A DNA stretch of 64,000 nt from Utricularia gibba (Eukaryota; Plantae; Magnoliophyta): positions 1,612,001 through 1,676,000 of the forward strand of contig NEEC01000009.1 of the NCBI GenBank assembly GCA_002189035.1, given 5' to 3'. Every line of letters starts with the position of its first letter. Positions within the stretch are counted from its first letter, which is position 1. Of the stretch, positions 62,253-64,000 are shown one piece after another. The notes under the pieces were generated by a model. The model saw nothing but the letters and a program-made list of their open reading frames with translations, ran no database searches and was not told the DNA's origin. The position numbers and the translations under genes are program-made.

Positions 62253-63776
62253 ATGAATGAAATCCATATTAATGATAAGAGGAGTATGCGGAGCAAGAGT
62301 GCAGAAGGTACTAGGAACCGAGGTTGGACAGCATTCGACCTTGAGCAAAGACGGAAGCAACATGGTTCCAAGGCCGATGATTCCTTAGAAGACTATCCTG
62401 CATTAAGGGGTGAGTACCCCAAGAGACCACCACTTAACAAACACAGATCACAGTTAGAGAAGCCCTTTTCTTCAGTAGTTAGAAGTTCAGTTCGTACTTT
62501 GGCTGATACACAAGACAGAGCCCAAGAGAAGACCATGGCGCCTGGTACAATCTCTTCTGTAGATTCAGGCAGAAATACTGATGCTTGTCAGAGACTTAGT
62601 GATCTTCATCCTTGGGCTGACAAAAGCTTCATCCAGGACGTGTTGGCTGCTGTCGATCAAGATTTGGATGAGGCATCGCGTTTTCTTGGGGAGATGCTTG
62701 TCGGTGGCAGTAATCATGACAACGCGAGTTTAACGTCTGATGGTTGTGATGTAACAGCATTTGATGTCGAACGTTTGTCTGCCGACAGGAAGGAAGAAAT
62801 AAGCTGCCATTCGCATGGTGCACCGATTGATGCCTATAAGACTAGCGACTTTCTAGCATTGCCAATATTAACATTGGATCCTTTCAAGCCCTCCGTTGAT
62901 GAGTCCGAGCCTTCCTGGAGTGAGGAGGATGTTTACATGCGCCATAGAAAAGAAGCGATAAAGATGATGCGGTATTTTTATTTTAATGTCTGTGGTGATA
63001 GTTTATATTCATTTGATTGTATCTTACATTTTTTTTTCTCAGATCTGCATCCCGCCTATCGAAGTCTGCAAATGAAGCGTATCTGAGAGGTGGCCACATA
63101 GCTGCACGCCAATTCTCTCGGAAAGCTCATGAGCAATGGATTGCTGCCCGGAATCTGAATGCCAAGGCAGCTAATGAAATTCTCAGGACTAGGAACTCCT
63201 CGAATGACATCTGGAGATTGGATTTACATGGCCTACATGCGGCAGAAGCAATTGTAGCATTGCAGCAGCGGTTACAAATCGTGGAATCTGTTCATCCACT
63301 ACAGCTGAAAGCCACTTCAAATCCCTTCTCCAGTGAACCAGCAACATCCACCCCATCAGAACCGTCTGCATCTCCCCTCAAAACTCATAAGCTTGGGACA
63401 CAGAACCCCACATCTAGGCAGATTCCTTGGTTGCTGGAAGCCATAACAGGTTAGCCACTTGGAACCAAAATCCTTTCGCCATGATGAAAACCTACATCTC
63501 AGTTTTTTCCCCACAGGAAAGGGCAATCATAGTCAAGGTCCAGCTGCACTACCATCAGCAGTAAAAAGCTTTCTTAGTGAAAATGGGTAAAGGAAACACA
63601 TCTGCTTTAAATCTTTAATCCTCGTTGAAGAATAATTTTCCAGTGTGTGGTTCTTGAAGGGTGTGCAGGCCTGCTCATACTGGTATATTAACATATATAC
63701 TCATCATCTCTACAGGTATCATTTTGATGAAAGACCGGGGGCGATTGTAATTAGACCAAAATTCCGGCACCGGTAA
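62253..63776 (+). CDS. Smr (small MutS-related) domain protein with DUF1771; 4 exons
   Basis: Segments: GWTAFDLEQRRKQ, LHPWADKSFIQDVLAAVD, RHRKEAIKMMRSASRLSKSANEAYLRG, WRLDLHGLHAAEA, LEAITGKGNHSQGPAALPSAVKSFLSENGYHFDERPGAIVIRPKFRHR*. Exons are 62253-62969, 63043-63449, 63517-63586 and 63716-63776. The start may be the ATG at 62286. Confidence 0.88.
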
Positions 63777-64000
63777 GTTGCATTTAACATGAAACCTTCG
63801 ACAGCCATCCTTCTGCACCTTCTTCCTTGTATCATATTCTTCTATCTTGGTAACTTAGAGAGCATAATCCACGCAAGTGGGTTATTCTTGTGTGTGCGGA
63901 TACCATCGATTTTGTGTAATATTCATTTAAACTCCATTTGTGGTAGCTGTTAAAGTTTCTTATTATTCTTCTAATTGCTGGATCACAGTAAAATATATTA

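Noticed and set aside
1-64000. Prokaryotic systems (CRISPR arrays, operons, defence islands), rRNA and tRNA genes
   Set aside because: The sequence is intron-containing plant nuclear DNA. I found no regularly spaced repeats, rRNA segments or tRNA cloverleafs.

Overview
Eukaryotic (eudicot plant) genomic DNA, not prokaryotic. It is very gene-dense, with about 19 apparently functional multi- or single-exon protein genes plus 3 decayed or truncated loci in 64 kb, mostly 70-150 nt GT-AG introns and short intergenic spacers. This fits a miniature genome such as Lentibulariaceae (inference only). Gene order: atypical LRR-RLK(-), TMK-type LRR-RLK(-), A1 aspartic protease(-), CAF1(+), DCP1(-), OTU deubiquitinase(-), aldo-keto reductase(+), RPP2 pseudogene(+), DUF868(-), SAAL1-like ARM(-), ATP10(-), CKS(+), SOSEKI(-), SPRISFS-motif protein(+), LisH/CTLH protein(+), unidentified spliced locus(-), NodH-like sulfotransferase(+), truncated MIP1-zipper gene(+), subclass III SnRK2(+), ATG101 pseudogene(+), divergent pectin acetylesterase(+), CCR4-like(+), NUP58(-), Smr protein(+). 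The best candidate for a new system is the AKR gene. It carries two tandem, protein-conserved but synonymously diverged alternative first exons, each with its own ATG and transit-peptide-like leader, and both splice in phase to a shared exon 2 at the catalytic Tyr. Other highlights are deletion-riddled unprocessed pseudogenes (ATG101, RPP2), a zipper-only MIP1 gene, a precise intron loss in SnRK2, a U12-type donor and a palindromic TATA in a divergent promoter. Five single-base frameshifts, all in G/C runs, look like long-read assembly errors. No rRNA, tRNA, CRISPR or intact transposon was recognised. All homology calls come from recalled family motifs, not database searches.
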